DNA of 60,175 bases from a virus (IMGVR_UViG_3300044801_000195:1-60175); one strand, 5' to 3'; shown: positions 18,418-28,345, counted from the stretch's first letter. Translations and numbers: made by a program. The notes: a model not told the origin generated them from the sequence alone.

Positions 18418-20402
18418 TGGTAGGCATCAAGAAGTCAACCGTCGCGCGGGCGCGCCGCGATGAAACCAAAACGCTGAAGGATTTGGAGAAAGCGGGCCGC
18501 ACGGTCGCCAAGGCGGCGCAAACCGCGGACGCACAGGTTTCGGATTCGTTTCAGAATTTCGCCCTGCAACTCGGCGTGGGCACCGACAACGCGATGTCGG
18601 GTTCGACCTATGGGTTCAACCCCATCACCCGGCTTCGGGTGCTGCTGGAATGGGCCTATCGTGGGTCCTGGATCGCCGCTATCTCGGTCGATGCCGTTGC
18701 TGACGATATGACGCGCGGCGGCATCGATCTGCAATCGACGATCCCGCCGGATGAAGTAGAGCGCCTGCATAAGGCGTTCACCAAATTCAAGATTTGGCAA
18801 TCGCTCAACGAAACCATCAAGTGGGCGAGGCTCTATGGCGGCGCGATCGCCGTTTATCTGATCGACGGTCAGGATTTCTCGACGCCGCTCCGGATCGACA
18901 CCATCGGCCGGGACCAATTCAAGGGCCTGCTCGTTCTCGACCGCTGGATGATCGAGCCGAGCCTTAACGACCTCGTGACCGTGCTTGGCCCCGATATGGG
19001 GATGCCGAAATATTACACCGTGACAACCGATGGCCCGGCGCTGCGCGGACAGAAAATCCATCACAGCCGCGTCATCCGTTTCGACGGTATCAAGCTTCCT
19101 TACTGGCAGAAGATTGCGGAGAATCTCTGGGGTCTTTCGGTCCTGGAACGGCTCTATGATCGTCTTGTCGCCTTCGACAGTGCCACGCAGGGCCTGGCCC
19201 AGGCGATGCACAAGATGCACTTGCGCATCATCAAGATCGATAAGCTCCGCGCATTGATCGCGGCCGGCGGCCCCGCCTACAATGCGGTGCTGCAGCAGGT
19301 CGCGATGATGCGGCGGTTTCAGTCCAACGAGGGCATCACCATCCTGGACGGCGCCGACGACTACGTGCCGAACCAGGTCAATATCAACGCAGGCTATTCC
19401 GACGCGCTGATTCAATTCGGCCAGCAAGTTTCCGGCGCGAACGGTATTCCGCTCGTCCGCATGTTCGGACAATCCCCCGCCGGGCTGAATTCGACGGGAG
19501 AGTCCGACATCCGGCTCTATTACGATGGCGTCAACGAAGATCAGGAAAACGACCTTCGCGTCCCATTGATCATGGTTGGCAATATCGTCGCCCGCAGCGA
19601 GGAAATCGCGCTGCCCGAGGAATGGTCGTTCAAGTTCAGGCCGCTCTGGCAACTCAAGGAACCCGAAAAGGCCGACATCAACGCGAAGGAGGCCGCGACG
19701 ATCCTGGACGCGCAAGAGCGCGGCATCGTCGATCATCCAACCGCGCTCAAGGAGCTTCGGGAGAGCGGGCGGCGCACCGGCCATTGGAGCAACATTACCG
19801 ACGAAATTATCAAGCAGGCCGAACAGGAACCGGCGCCTAGCGCGGCGGAGATGCAGGCCGGCGGCGCTCCTGGGATGCCGGGGCAAGAGCCCGGCAGCGG
19901 GGAAGAGCCTGGCGCGGGCGAAGGCGGCAAGAAGCTGTCGGACCTGCTACCGAAGCCCCGGTTGATATCCAGCCTTAATAGCAAGGACAATGCGCGCCGG
20001 CTGCCATTTATCAGAATCGCCGGCCTGCCAGTGCGGATCGAATGCTTCAGGGGCAACGAACGCTGGAAGGGCGGTCCAACCTGGCCGGCGGACTACGGCT
20101 ATATCGAGGGCACCAAAAGTGCTGAAGGCCCGGATGAAGCGATGGATTGCTTCGTAGGCCCGTACCGTGAAGCCGGAATGGCCTGGATCTTCGACCACAA
20201 CGGCAACGATGGCCGTTTCGAGGAGCACAAGATCATGCTGGGCTATCGCGACCCCGATACAGCGCGCGCCGATTACGCGCTAAGCTATGGCCGGGAACCC
20301 GCCGGATGGCTGGCTTACCGCGCGGACGAACTCGCGCATTGGCTCAAGACCGCCGATGTCACCAGGCCCGTGACGGGCACGCATAAGGTGATGGCGGCGT
20401 AA
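18417..20402 (+). CDS. DUF1073-family portal protein with C-terminal inorganic-pyrophosphatase-like domain
   Basis: Follows TerL; ARLYGG, IHHSRVIRF, WGLSVL, IPLVRMFGQSPAGLNSTGESD..YYD; tail PADYGYIEGT..D.FVGP..F.EHKIMLG. Confidence 0.9.
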   Translation: MVGIKKSTVARARRDETKTLKDLEKAGRTVAKAAQTADAQVSDSFQNFALQLGVGTDNAMSGSTYGFNPITRLRVLLEWAYRGSWIAAISVDAVADDMTRGGIDLQSTIPPDEVERLHKAFTKFKIWQSLNETIKWARLYGGAIAVYLIDGQDFSTPLRIDTIGRDQFKGLLVLDRWMIEPSLNDLVTVLGPDMGMPKYYTVTTDGPALRGQKIHHSRVIRFDGIKLPYWQKIAENLWGLSVLERLYDRLVAFDSATQGLAQAMHKMHLRIIKIDKLRALIAAGGPAYNAVLQQVAMMRRFQSNEGITILDGADDYVPNQVNINAGYSDALIQFGQQVSGANGIPLVRMFGQSPAGLNSTGESDIRLYYDGVNEDQENDLRVPLIMVGNIVARSEEIALPEEWSFKFRPLWQLKEPEKADINAKEAATILDAQERGIVDHPTALKELRESGRRTGHWSNITDEIIKQAEQEPAPSAAEMQAGGAPGMPGQEPGSGEEPGAGEGGKKLSDLLPKPRLISSLNSKDNARRLPFIRIAGLPVRIECFRGNERWKGGPTWPADYGYIEGTKSAEGPDEAMDCFVGPYREAGMAWIFDHNGNDGRFEEHKIMLGYRDPDTARADYALSYGREPAGWLAYRADELAHWLKTADVTRPVTGTHKVMAA

Positions 20403-20639
20403 TGGGCTTCCATCATCACGTTCATATCGATGACACGGATTGGAAAGAAGAGCTGCACTGCGTTTCACGAGGAAATATTGGCCGGGAGCAAAGACGAGCC
20501 AGGCGCATTCGATGAGTTGCTTGAGAAGCTCGGATTGACCGAGAAGTTTGCCGCCACCTTTGACGAGGAGGCGAAAGACGGCACTGCGGACCCGATGGAC
20601 GAAATACGTGCCTTAATGGCTAAAGTTCCTATCCGCTAA
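20402..20639 (+). pseudogene. Probable deletion remnant: start of a head-associated protein (MGFHHHVHIDDTDWKEELH) joined out of frame to an acidic C-terminal fragment
   Basis: ATG coupled to the portal stop; this frame ends at 20515, while a second frame (AFHEEILAGSKDEPGAFDELLEK...) is protein-like only from about 20460. Confidence 0.5.
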
Positions 20640-20645
20640 ACCTTA

Positions 20646-21437
20646 ATGGCACTTAATTTAGGCGCGGAGCTTAGCTCCCAGCAAACCCGCGACCTTGCCC
20701 GGCTCGAAACCCGCGAGGAACGGCTGGGCTGGGCGAGAGTCCGCCGCGCCGAAACCGGCTATGCGATCTCGCTGCGCGGGCTCGCCAAGCAGATCGGGCT
20801 GATCGTCACCGGCATGTGGCCGGAACAGCCCGAGGACGCCATCGCGCTGGCGTTGATGCGATATGCCGAGATTATTGGACCATGGGCGCAGGCCGTCGCC
20901 GGGCGCATGCTGGCCGATGTCTCCCGGCGCGACCAGGCGCAATGGAACCGGGTCAGCCGCACGATGAGCCGGTCGCTGCGCGAGGAAATCGAGCGGGCCC
21001 CAACCGGCGAGGCGCTGCGGAAGCTGCTCGATCTACAGGTCGAGCTGATCACGTCGTTGCCGTTGGACGCGGCAACACGGGTGCATGAACTCGCCATCGA
21101 AGGGCTGCAAACCGGCGCCCGCGCCAACGAGCTGGCCGCGAAGATTCTGGCCACCGGTCACGTCACGGCATCGCGAGCGAATTTGATCGCGCGTACCGAG
21201 ACCGCGCGCGCCGCTTCGACGCTGACGCAGGTCCGGGCCAAGTATGTCGGATCGACGCATTATATTTGGCGGACCTCGGGCGATAGCGATGTCAGGCCGC
21301 TGCACCGGAAATTGAACGGCAAAACCATCGCCTGGGATAACCCGCCAGTTTCCGGCGAAGACGGCGAGAAAGCCCACGCCGGTACAATCTACAACTGCCG
21401 CTGCTTTGCCTCTCCTATAATTTCAGAAGAGTTCTAG
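20646..21437 (+). CDS. MuF / SPP1 gp7-like head morphogenesis protein
   Basis: RANLIARTETARA...YIWRTSGDSDVRPLH...NCRC. Confidence 0.93.
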   Translation: MALNLGAELSSQQTRDLARLETREERLGWARVRRAETGYAISLRGLAKQIGLIVTGMWPEQPEDAIALALMRYAEIIGPWAQAVAGRMLADVSRRDQAQWNRVSRTMSRSLREEIERAPTGEALRKLLDLQVELITSLPLDAATRVHELAIEGLQTGARANELAAKILATGHVTASRANLIARTETARAASTLTQVRAKYVGSTHYIWRTSGDSDVRPLHRKLNGKTIAWDNPPVSGEDGEKAHAGTIYNCRCFASPIISEEF

Positions 21438-21440
21438 TCC

Positions 21441-21674
21441 ATGACCGAACCCCAAGCCGCGAACGGCAACCTGCCCAGTAGCATCGTTGTTCCGTTCGTC
21501 ACCGTTGCCGACAGGGCTGTCGAGATCAAGAATCAGATCGCTTCTCATCTGCGCGAAATCTGCGCCGAGCTTGACGAGGTCAAGCGCTTGGGCCTGCACG
21601 CCGAGTTCGACGTTCGCCCAAATGCCTTGGGCAAGATGGAAATTGTCAAACTGCTGGTTGCCCTCGCTTACTAA
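21441..21674 (+). CDS. Hypothetical protein
   Basis: ORF in operon. Confidence 0.6.
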   Translation: MTEPQAANGNLPSSIVVPFVTVADRAVEIKNQIASHLREICAELDEVKRLGLHAEFDVRPNALGKMEIVKLLVALAY

Positions 21675-21701
21675 CACGTTCCCCTTACCCGGAGATCATC
21701 G

Positions 21702-23123
21702 ATGCGCCTTTTGAAGCTGGCGCTGGCAGCTCTGCTGCTGGCGGGCCAGGCCCTACCAGGCTTTGCCCAAACTTATCCGATCACGACGCCTGTCTATATC
21801 CCGAGCGCCATTGAGCAGCCGGCGGTGTGCATCGCGGCCTGCGATGTCGTGTTTACCGTCTCCGGTGTCTCGACGGTTACTTTGCAGCTCGTCGGCACGC
21901 CGGCGGCGATCACTGCTTCGGTGCAGGGCACCAACGAGGCGCAGAGCGTTGCCGCGCCGACCTGGACCGCGCTGAACATGATCCCGGTCAATGGCGGCTC
22001 CGCGGTCACTTCAACCTCAGCGGTTGGGTTCTGGACCGTCAACACCACCGGCCTGACCAAGGTGCGGGCGCATGTCTCCGCGCTGACGGGTTCCGTTACC
22101 GTCAACATGACGGGTTCGAGCGGCGGTACGGTTTCGTTTTCGTCGAACTCCGTGGTCCTGGCCGACGTGGAAGCCAATATCGCGCCTGGCACCGCGCCGG
22201 CGAAAGCGGCCATCGTCGGCGGCGTCTATAACTCGGCGCTGCCCACGGCGACCAATGGTCAAACCGTGGCAATTCAGCTCAACGCTTCCGGCGAGCAGCT
22301 CGTTGCCAGCCCGAATCTTGAGATGGCCATTGCGCCCGGCACCGCGCCGGCAAAGGCCCTTGCCGTCGGCGGCGTCTATAACTCGGCGCTGCCCACGGCG
22401 ACCAATGGTCAAACCGTGGCAATTCAGCTCAACGCTTCCGGCGAGCAGCTCGTTGCCAGCCCGAATCTTGAGATGGCCATTGCGCCCGGCACCGCGCCGG
22501 CAAAGGCCCTTGCCGCGGGTGGCGTCTATAACTCGGCGGCGCCCACGCTGACCAATGGACAGACGGCTGCGTTGCAGCTCAACGCCTCGGGACAGCTCAT
22601 CACCTCCACCACGAACACGGAAGGTGTAATCACCGCGGCCACCGCTCCTACTAAGATGCAAGTGAGTGGCGCGGTTTACAATTCTTCCCCGCCCTCGCTT
22701 TCGACCGGACAGAGCGCGGCATTGCAGCTCGATAACGACGGTTCACTTTATATGAACCTCCGCGACGACACAGTAGTCGCGGCGGACCCCTGCCAAAGCC
22801 GCAATGTCGCGAAGTCTTCGGTGCTATCGAATATCGGTTCTGCTACGACCACGGCGCTAGTGGCGGTTTCTGGTGTCAAAGCCATTTACGTTTGCGGTAT
22901 TTCGATAGTTACGGGCGCGGCGGATACTGTTTATCTGGAATACGGCACAAGCACGAACTGCACGGGAACAACGGCGCTCACCCCAACTTATATAGCATCG
23001 TCTCAGATAAACATCGGTTGGGGCGGCGGAACGGTTGTAACAGCCCCCGCATCGCAGGGGCTGTGCGCGGTATCCACCGGTACGAATGCCCAGCAAGTGC
23101 TTGTCAGCTACGTTCAGCAGTAA
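21702..23123 (+). CDS. Beta-rich putative virion or secreted protein with signal peptide and 50-aa internal repeats
   Basis: MRLLKLALAALLLAGQALPGFA; repeats GGVYNSALPTATNGQTVAIQLNASGEQLV. Confidence 0.75.
   Translation: MRLLKLALAALLLAGQALPGFAQTYPITTPVYIPSAIEQPAVCIAACDVVFTVSGVSTVTLQLVGTPAAITASVQGTNEAQSVAAPTWTALNMIPVNGGSAVTSTSAVGFWTVNTTGLTKVRAHVSALTGSVTVNMTGSSGGTVSFSSNSVVLADVEANIAPGTAPAKAAIVGGVYNSALPTATNGQTVAIQLNASGEQLVASPNLEMAIAPGTAPAKALAVGGVYNSALPTATNGQTVAIQLNASGEQLVASPNLEMAIAPGTAPAKALAAGGVYNSAAPTLTNGQTAALQLNASGQLITSTTNTEGVITAATAPTKMQVSGAVYNSSPPSLSTGQSAALQLDNDGSLYMNLRDDTVVAADPCQSRNVAKSSVLSNIGSATTTALVAVSGVKAIYVCGISIVTGAADTVYLEYGTSTNCTGTTALTPTYIASSQINIGWGGGTVVTAPASQGLCAVSTGTNAQQVLVSYVQQ
22180..22610 (+). 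repeat. 150-bp tandem repeat, about three copies (a fourth, diverged copy at protein level)
   Basis: ggcgtctataactcggcg at 22221, 22371 and 22521. Confidence 0.95.
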
Positions 23124-23132
23124 GTCACACTC

Positions 23133-23795
23133 ATGCGCCTCATCCGCCTCCCCGCCCTCGCCCTCTTCGTGGGGGCGGGGTTCCTGGCCTTATGCGCGGC
23201 GGTTCCGCCGCTGGTAACGCCCGCGCGCGCCCAGCAGACAGCGGCGGCCTATGGCTCGGCCGCCTACAGCAATACCGCGCTAAGCAATACCCCAGCGCCG
23301 ATCAAGGCCAGCGCTGGACTGCTCACCTCGTTCAATTGCTACAACCCGAACGCCGCTGTCGAGTACCTGCAATTCGCCGATGCCGCCGCCCAAGTCATGG
23401 CGATCGCGGGCACAACCAACGGCACGACCTCGACCAGCAGCGCCGTGCTGCATTTCGCCAGCACGCCCGCGAACCTGGTCAAGGGCATGGGCATCGTGGA
23501 TACCTCCACGGGCTCCTCTATTGCCGCTGGCGCCACGGTTGTCTCTTGGACGGCCACGACTGTCACCATGTCGGCGAAGGCGGCGGGCGGCGGCGTGGGC
23601 GGCACGGACGGCATCACCTTCTTCACCGTGCCGAAAATGACGGTCGCGCTGACGCCATCGACGGTCAGCAACAGCGCTTGGCCTATCGGCGTGGGCTTTC
23701 CGTTGGGCGCCATTAGCGTGGCGGCTACTTCCGGCGTCACCACCTACAGCACCGCGCCCGGCTCGGCGCTGGCCTGCACCTTCACCTTTAATTAA
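23133..23795 (+). CDS. Putative virion or secreted protein with N-terminal signal peptide
   Basis: Hydrophobic leader ending PARA-Q; Thr/Ala/Gly-rich body. Confidence 0.7.
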   Translation: MRLIRLPALALFVGAGFLALCAAVPPLVTPARAQQTAAAYGSAAYSNTALSNTPAPIKASAGLLTSFNCYNPNAAVEYLQFADAAAQVMAIAGTTNGTTSTSSAVLHFASTPANLVKGMGIVDTSTGSSIAAGATVVSWTATTVTMSAKAAGGGVGGTDGITFFTVPKMTVALTPSTVSNSAWPIGVGFPLGAISVAATSGVTTYSTAPGSALACTFTFN

Positions 23796-23805
23796 CCGCC
23801 TCTGA

Positions 23806-25449
23806 ATGGCCGGAAAATTCTACGTTACCGAGAAGCTCAGCTTCCGGAAATGGCGCACGCCTGAAGGCTTCCTGATCTGCTACGACGTGCCTCTCGCCCG
23901 TACCGGCAAGATGCTCTACGGCGAGGGCGAGACGCCCGTGCATGCCGGCCCCGATGGCATCGCCCATATCGAGCGGACACCCGCCGAGGTCTTCCGCGAA
24001 GAGACGATGCGGAGCGCCGAAGGCAAACCCGTCGTCAATGAGCACCCCGATAGCGACGTAACGCCGGAAACCTGGAAGGAGCTGGCGCTCGGCCACGTGA
24101 TGAACGTCCGCCGCGGCACCGGCCCCGAGGCCGATCTGCTGCTCGCCGATCTGTTCATCGCGGACAAGGACGCCGCCGATCTTATCGAGTCCGGGAAGCG
24201 GGAACTCTCCTGCGGATACTCCGCCGATTACGACGAGTTCGCGCCTGGCTACGGCAGGCAGCGGAACATTCTCATCAATCATGTCGCGCTGGTTGAGCAA
24301 GGTCGCTGCGGCCCGCGCTGTGCCATCGGCGACCGCCAGCCAAAAAGGACTGCCATGACAAAGAGAAGCGCGCTCCTGCGCTGGCTCGATAAAGCCCGCG
24401 GATATGCCTTCAACGGCGACGAACAGGCCGCGGTTGAAATGTTGAAAGAAGGTCCGGCGCGCCAGGCCACGGACGAACCCGAGGAAGACGACATGAAGAA
24501 ACGGCACGGCCGCGATGACGACGACACGAGCGGGCATCACACGCACATCCATTTGCCGCCTGGCGATGGCGCGCGTCACGATGACGACGATGACGAGGGC
24601 GGCACGCATTCCGTCGAGGCCCGCGTCGATAAGATCGAGGAGACCGTCAAGGGTCTGGCCGAGGCAATGTCCAAGATGATCGCCCTTCTCGAAAAGGCCG
24701 GGGGCGGCGAAGAGGAAGACGGCGATGACGATGACGACGCCAAGGGACGCCGCCATCATCGCGCCCGCCGCCACGATGATGACGACGATGCCGCGAAGCG
24801 CCGTAAACATCGCGATGACGACGATGACGATGACGACGGCGAGAAACGCCGCAAACATCGTGACGACGACGAATCCGAACGCGAGAAAGAGCGCGAAGAA
24901 GAAATGAAGGACGGCGGAAGGCGCCGCAAGAGCCGTCACGATTCGGACAATCCCGAAAAAGAAGACAAAAAAATCGAGGGCCGTCTCGAAGAAGAAGCTC
25001 CTCCCGGCTCCGAGGAAAAGGCGGTCAAGGCCCGCGACAGCGCCTATCTCGCCGACAGCTTCCGCGAAACCGTGGCGCTGGCCGAAATCCTTGCCCCCGG
25101 CATCCGCATTCCGACGTTCGACCGCGGCGCCAAGCCGGTGGAGAGCTACAGCCGGATCTGCGGTCTCAGGCGCCAGGCGCTCGACCTGGCCTACCAGCAA
25201 CCCGATGGCCGCGGCATCATTCACGCCGTGAACGGTGGCAAACCGTTCCGCGCGCGCGATGCCGGTTGCGGCCAAATCCGCACCTTGTTCCTGGCCGCGG
25301 CGGGAATGAAACGGGACGCCAACAACGGCCAGATCGGCGCCCGCACCAGCCTTGAGGGCCTGGATCTGAACGCCGCGCCCGCGGGGCTTTCTTCCGTCGA
25401 AGAATTGCAGGCCATCAACACCGCCTTCTACGCACCCAAATCCAGCTGA
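23806..25449 (+). CDS. DUF2213 prohead protease / scaffold fusion
   Basis: TPEGFLIC..VPLARTG, PVVNEHP, GKRELSCGYSADY, NHVALVEQGRCGPRCAIGD; acidic scaffold region. Confidence 0.93.
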   Translation: MAGKFYVTEKLSFRKWRTPEGFLICYDVPLARTGKMLYGEGETPVHAGPDGIAHIERTPAEVFREETMRSAEGKPVVNEHPDSDVTPETWKELALGHVMNVRRGTGPEADLLLADLFIADKDAADLIESGKRELSCGYSADYDEFAPGYGRQRNILINHVALVEQGRCGPRCAIGDRQPKRTAMTKRSALLRWLDKARGYAFNGDEQAAVEMLKEGPARQATDEPEEDDMKKRHGRDDDDTSGHHTHIHLPPGDGARHDDDDDEGGTHSVEARVDKIEETVKGLAEAMSKMIALLEKAGGGEEEDGDDDDDAKGRRHHRARRHDDDDDAAKRRKHRDDDDDDDDGEKRRKHRDDDESEREKEREEEMKDGGRRRKSRHDSDNPEKEDKKIEGRLEEEAPPGSEEKAVKARDSAYLADSFRETVALAEILAPGIRIPTFDRGAKPVESYSRICGLRRQALDLAYQQPDGRGIIHAVNGGKPFRARDAGCGQIRTLFLAAAGMKRDANNGQIGARTSLEGLDLNAAPAGLSSVEELQAINTAFYAPKSS

Positions 25450-25472
25450 GCCGAGGAAAGGAGAATAACCCA

Positions 25473-26168
25473 ATGCTCAATCCCTTCCGCATGCTCCGCG
25501 GACTGATTCTTGCACCGGGCAAGGACGCCGTTATCACCCATATTAGGGGTGGCCGCTATGCCGGCATGACCGAAATCCTCGTCAAAAAGGGTGTCGCGCG
25601 TGGCCGGTTCTACACACGGGACGCTTACGATCCGATGGCCCTGCAATTCAGGGCTTCCGCTGGATTCCCCGGCTCGGTCACGCGGATGAACCCCGTCACC
25701 ATCGAGCCGTGCTTGATCGATTCCGCGGCGCCGCCGCTGGGCTTCGGTTATGCCGTCATGGTCGATAATACCTCGACTCAGGGCGTCCGTCAGGTCGCGA
25801 CCACGGACGACACGACCGACCATGCGACCGTAACCGATATCTACGGTATCGTCGTGCGCTCGTTCCCCGGCCAGGACCCCGGCGCCGCTGGCGTCTATGG
25901 CGCCTCGGCGTTCAATGCCGGCACGCCGCCGCTCAGGGGGGCGCTCGATATCTTGCGCATGGGCTACATCATCGTGCAGCTCAACGGTTCGGTTTACAAG
26001 GGCAGCCCCGCCCATGTCTGGTGCGCGGCGACTAACAGCCCGCATACCCAAGGCACGTTCGAAGCCGCCGCCACCGCCAGCTCGACCATCGATATCGCCT
26101 CCAGCAAGACAACCTACAATTCTCCCGCCGATGCCAGTGGCAACGTCGAACTCGCCCTCAATATCTAA
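25473..26168 (+). CDS. Head decoration / cement protein
   Basis: Between protease and MCP; AGFPGSVTR...GIVVRSFP...DILRMGYI...GNVELALNI. Confidence 0.75.
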   Translation: MLNPFRMLRGLILAPGKDAVITHIRGGRYAGMTEILVKKGVARGRFYTRDAYDPMALQFRASAGFPGSVTRMNPVTIEPCLIDSAAPPLGFGYAVMVDNTSTQGVRQVATTDDTTDHATVTDIYGIVVRSFPGQDPGAAGVYGASAFNAGTPPLRGALDILRMGYIIVQLNGSVYKGSPAHVWCAATNSPHTQGTFEAAATASSTIDIASSKTTYNSPADASGNVELALNI

Positions 26169-26182
26169 GGAACCCATACCTC

Positions 26183-27391
26183 ATGCGCGCTTTTTTCGAC
26201 GAGGGCTATGCGGTCCCGCGTTTTGCTGGCCGTGCCCGAACCAACGATCACGCATTGACCTACGACAATGCGGCGTTTCTCACCCACGATTCCAGCGGTA
26301 TCCGGTATATGCCCGGCCTGCCGCTGGGGCAAAGCTACCGGCGCAGGGTGCCGGTCTGGGACGCTTCCGGGAAACTCCAGCAGCGCTGGGTTACTTACGA
26401 CTCCACGGGCGCCTACCTCGTGGGCGAGTTGGAACGCCTGGACCCCACGTTCCACATGCCACTGGTCGCGGTATCGTGGCAGCGCGACATCAAGCTCCGC
26501 CAGGATGTGACCATCGCCGATGAAATTTCATCGTATACGCTCTCGACCTTCGGCACGCCCAGCAACCTCGGCACTGGCGCCGGCATCGGTAACGGCAAGC
26601 ATTGGTCCGGCAAGAACACGACGCAGATCGCGGGCGTCAGCCTCGATATCGCCAAGAAGGCGTTTCCGCTGACCCCATGGGACATGGAGCTCCAATATTC
26701 GATCTTCGAGCTTGAATCCGCCGCGAAGGCTGGGCGCCCGGTCGACCGGCAGAAGTTCGAGTTCATCAAGCTCCAGCACCAGATGGAAATCGACGAGCAG
26801 GTCTATTATGGCGACACCGCTCTTGGCGTCGGCGGCCTGGTCAAATGCGAGACCGCGACCGGCTACGCCAATGCATTCGTGAGCAATGTCAGCAACGCGC
26901 CGGCTGGCGTTGAGGGCAGCACGGCTTGGGCACTCAAAAGCCCGGACGAGATTCTGGCCGATTTCAACACCGCGCTAACCAGCACTTGGGCTGCCGCGGC
27001 CTGGGCGGTCATTCCGAAAAAGGTCCGGGTGCCTCCAGTGCAGTTCGGGTATCTGTCCACCGCCAAGGTCAGTCAGGCCGGCAATCTTTCCGTGCTCAAA
27101 TACATCAAGGAAAACAACATCCTTACCGCTGCTGGCGAGGGTGAGCTCGATATCAAGCCGCTCAAATGGCTTGAGGGCGCCGGCATCGGCGGCGTCATCG
27201 GCACCACGGGTACGGTCGACCGCATGCTCGTCTACAGCGACGAGCACGAATATGTGCGCTTTCCCATGACGTTGATGGCCAATACCCCGATCCAATATCA
27301 GGGCATCTACCACAAGAGAACTTATTACTGCAAGCTGGGCGTTGTCGAAATGCCCTATCCGCAGACCGTTGGATACTTGGACGGCATTTGA
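26183..27391 (+). CDS. Major capsid protein (DUF2184 family)
   Basis: GELERLDP..PL...WQRDI, IDEQVYYGD, PDEILADFN, YLDGI C-terminus. Confidence 0.93.
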   Translation: MRAFFDEGYAVPRFAGRARTNDHALTYDNAAFLTHDSSGIRYMPGLPLGQSYRRRVPVWDASGKLQQRWVTYDSTGAYLVGELERLDPTFHMPLVAVSWQRDIKLRQDVTIADEISSYTLSTFGTPSNLGTGAGIGNGKHWSGKNTTQIAGVSLDIAKKAFPLTPWDMELQYSIFELESAAKAGRPVDRQKFEFIKLQHQMEIDEQVYYGDTALGVGGLVKCETATGYANAFVSNVSNAPAGVEGSTAWALKSPDEILADFNTALTSTWAAAAWAVIPKKVRVPPVQFGYLSTAKVSQAGNLSVLKYIKENNILTAAGEGELDIKPLKWLEGAGIGGVIGTTGTVDRMLVYSDEHEYVRFPMTLMANTPIQYQGIYHKRTYYCKLGVVEMPYPQTVGYLDGI

Positions 27392-27432
27392 TCCATACTT
27401 GCCACCGATAAACCTATACGGAGAGATTACTC

Positions 27433-27855
27433 ATGGCTGACGACGAAGCCGAGATGAACGACGAAGAGAAAGCGGCTTATGAAAAGGCGGGGCGCGCCAA
27501 CGCGGAACTAATAGCCCGCGTCGGCCAAAAGCCGGACGATCCGGTAACTCCGCTGTCGCTGCGGAAGAATGGCGAAGGCACCGTGCTTGTGACGGTGCCC
27601 CGCCAGTTCTTTTACCGGCCCGATCATCGCAAACTCGTGGTGGTGCGCCCTGGCGTGCAGGAAATCCCGCATCACCTGGCGGAAAATAAATGGTTCCTGG
27701 CTAATGGCGTCACCCGCGTCGATCTCGCCGAGGCCGCGATCAACAAGGCGCTCGCGCTGGCGCCGGCGCCGCAAGCGCCTTATGCGCTGGGCGAACCCGT
27801 GCAGGGCACCGAGGTAGCGGCCAAGAAAACCAATGGCAAGAGGGGAGCGAACTGA
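27433..27855 (+). CDS. Head-associated protein (STY1053-like)
   Basis: Follows MCP; PGVQEIP..LA..WF..NGV. Confidence 0.6.
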   Translation: MADDEAEMNDEEKAAYEKAGRANAELIARVGQKPDDPVTPLSLRKNGEGTVLVTVPRQFFYRPDHRKLVVVRPGVQEIPHHLAENKWFLANGVTRVDLAEAAINKALALAPAPQAPYALGEPVQGTEVAAKKTNGKRGAN

Positions 27856-28097
27856 TGATGCGCGCGAAGTTCATGTTAGCGAGGTATGAAACCTCGCTCG
27901 ACTACGGCAGCAAAAAAGAACTCAGGACGCTTCATTTTCAGCCCGTATCGAGCGGAAGCAAGGAAAACGAAAAGTTCTTTGCCTACACGCCTTGCGGCAG
28001 CGTCTCGATTGGCACTGTCAATCCAGAAGCATGGAAGCACTTCGAGCTTGGCAAGGAATACTATCTCGACTTCACGCCAGCAACGGAGGCCAAATAA
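27855..28097 (+). CDS. Conserved small phage protein (MRAKF...ENEKFF..TP.G...YYLDFT)
   Basis: Recognisable recurrent motif; coupled. Confidence 0.75.
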   Translation: MMRAKFMLARYETSLDYGSKKELRTLHFQPVSSGSKENEKFFAYTPCGSVSIGTVNPEAWKHFELGKEYYLDFTPATEAK

Positions 28098-28345
28098 TGC
28101 CTCTCACAGCCAAGGGCGAGAAGATCAAGTCCGAGATGGAGCGGCCGGAAAGCGAAGGCGGATACGGCAAGGAGAAGGGCGAGCAGGTCTTCTACGCTTC
28201 CGCCAACAAGGGCACGATATCCGGCGTCCATAATAGCGGCGACGATGCTGGCAAGTCCTGCGCCGCCGACGCCACGCTCGATTCCGCCGAGGGCTCATCC
28301 GGTTACACTCTGCCCCCGCCGCCTTTCATGAAGGTCCATAAGTGA
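28097..28345 (+). CDS. Conserved small phage protein (MPLTAKGEKI...YGKEKGEQVFYASANKG)
   Basis: TAATG coupling; recurrent motif. Confidence 0.75.
   Translation: MPLTAKGEKIKSEMERPESEGGYGKEKGEQVFYASANKGTISGVHNSGDDAGKSCAADATLDSAEGSSGYTLPPPPFMKVHK

Noticed and set aside
18417-19840. Anti-CBASS Acb1 annotation often attached to this family
   Set aside because: Position after TerL, size and motifs indicate a DUF1073 portal.
23788-25473. Long antisense ORFs (also 18435..19886, 32504..33349, 34226..35176, 36707..37612)
   Set aside because: Shadows of high-GC codon bias opposite well-supported structural genes.
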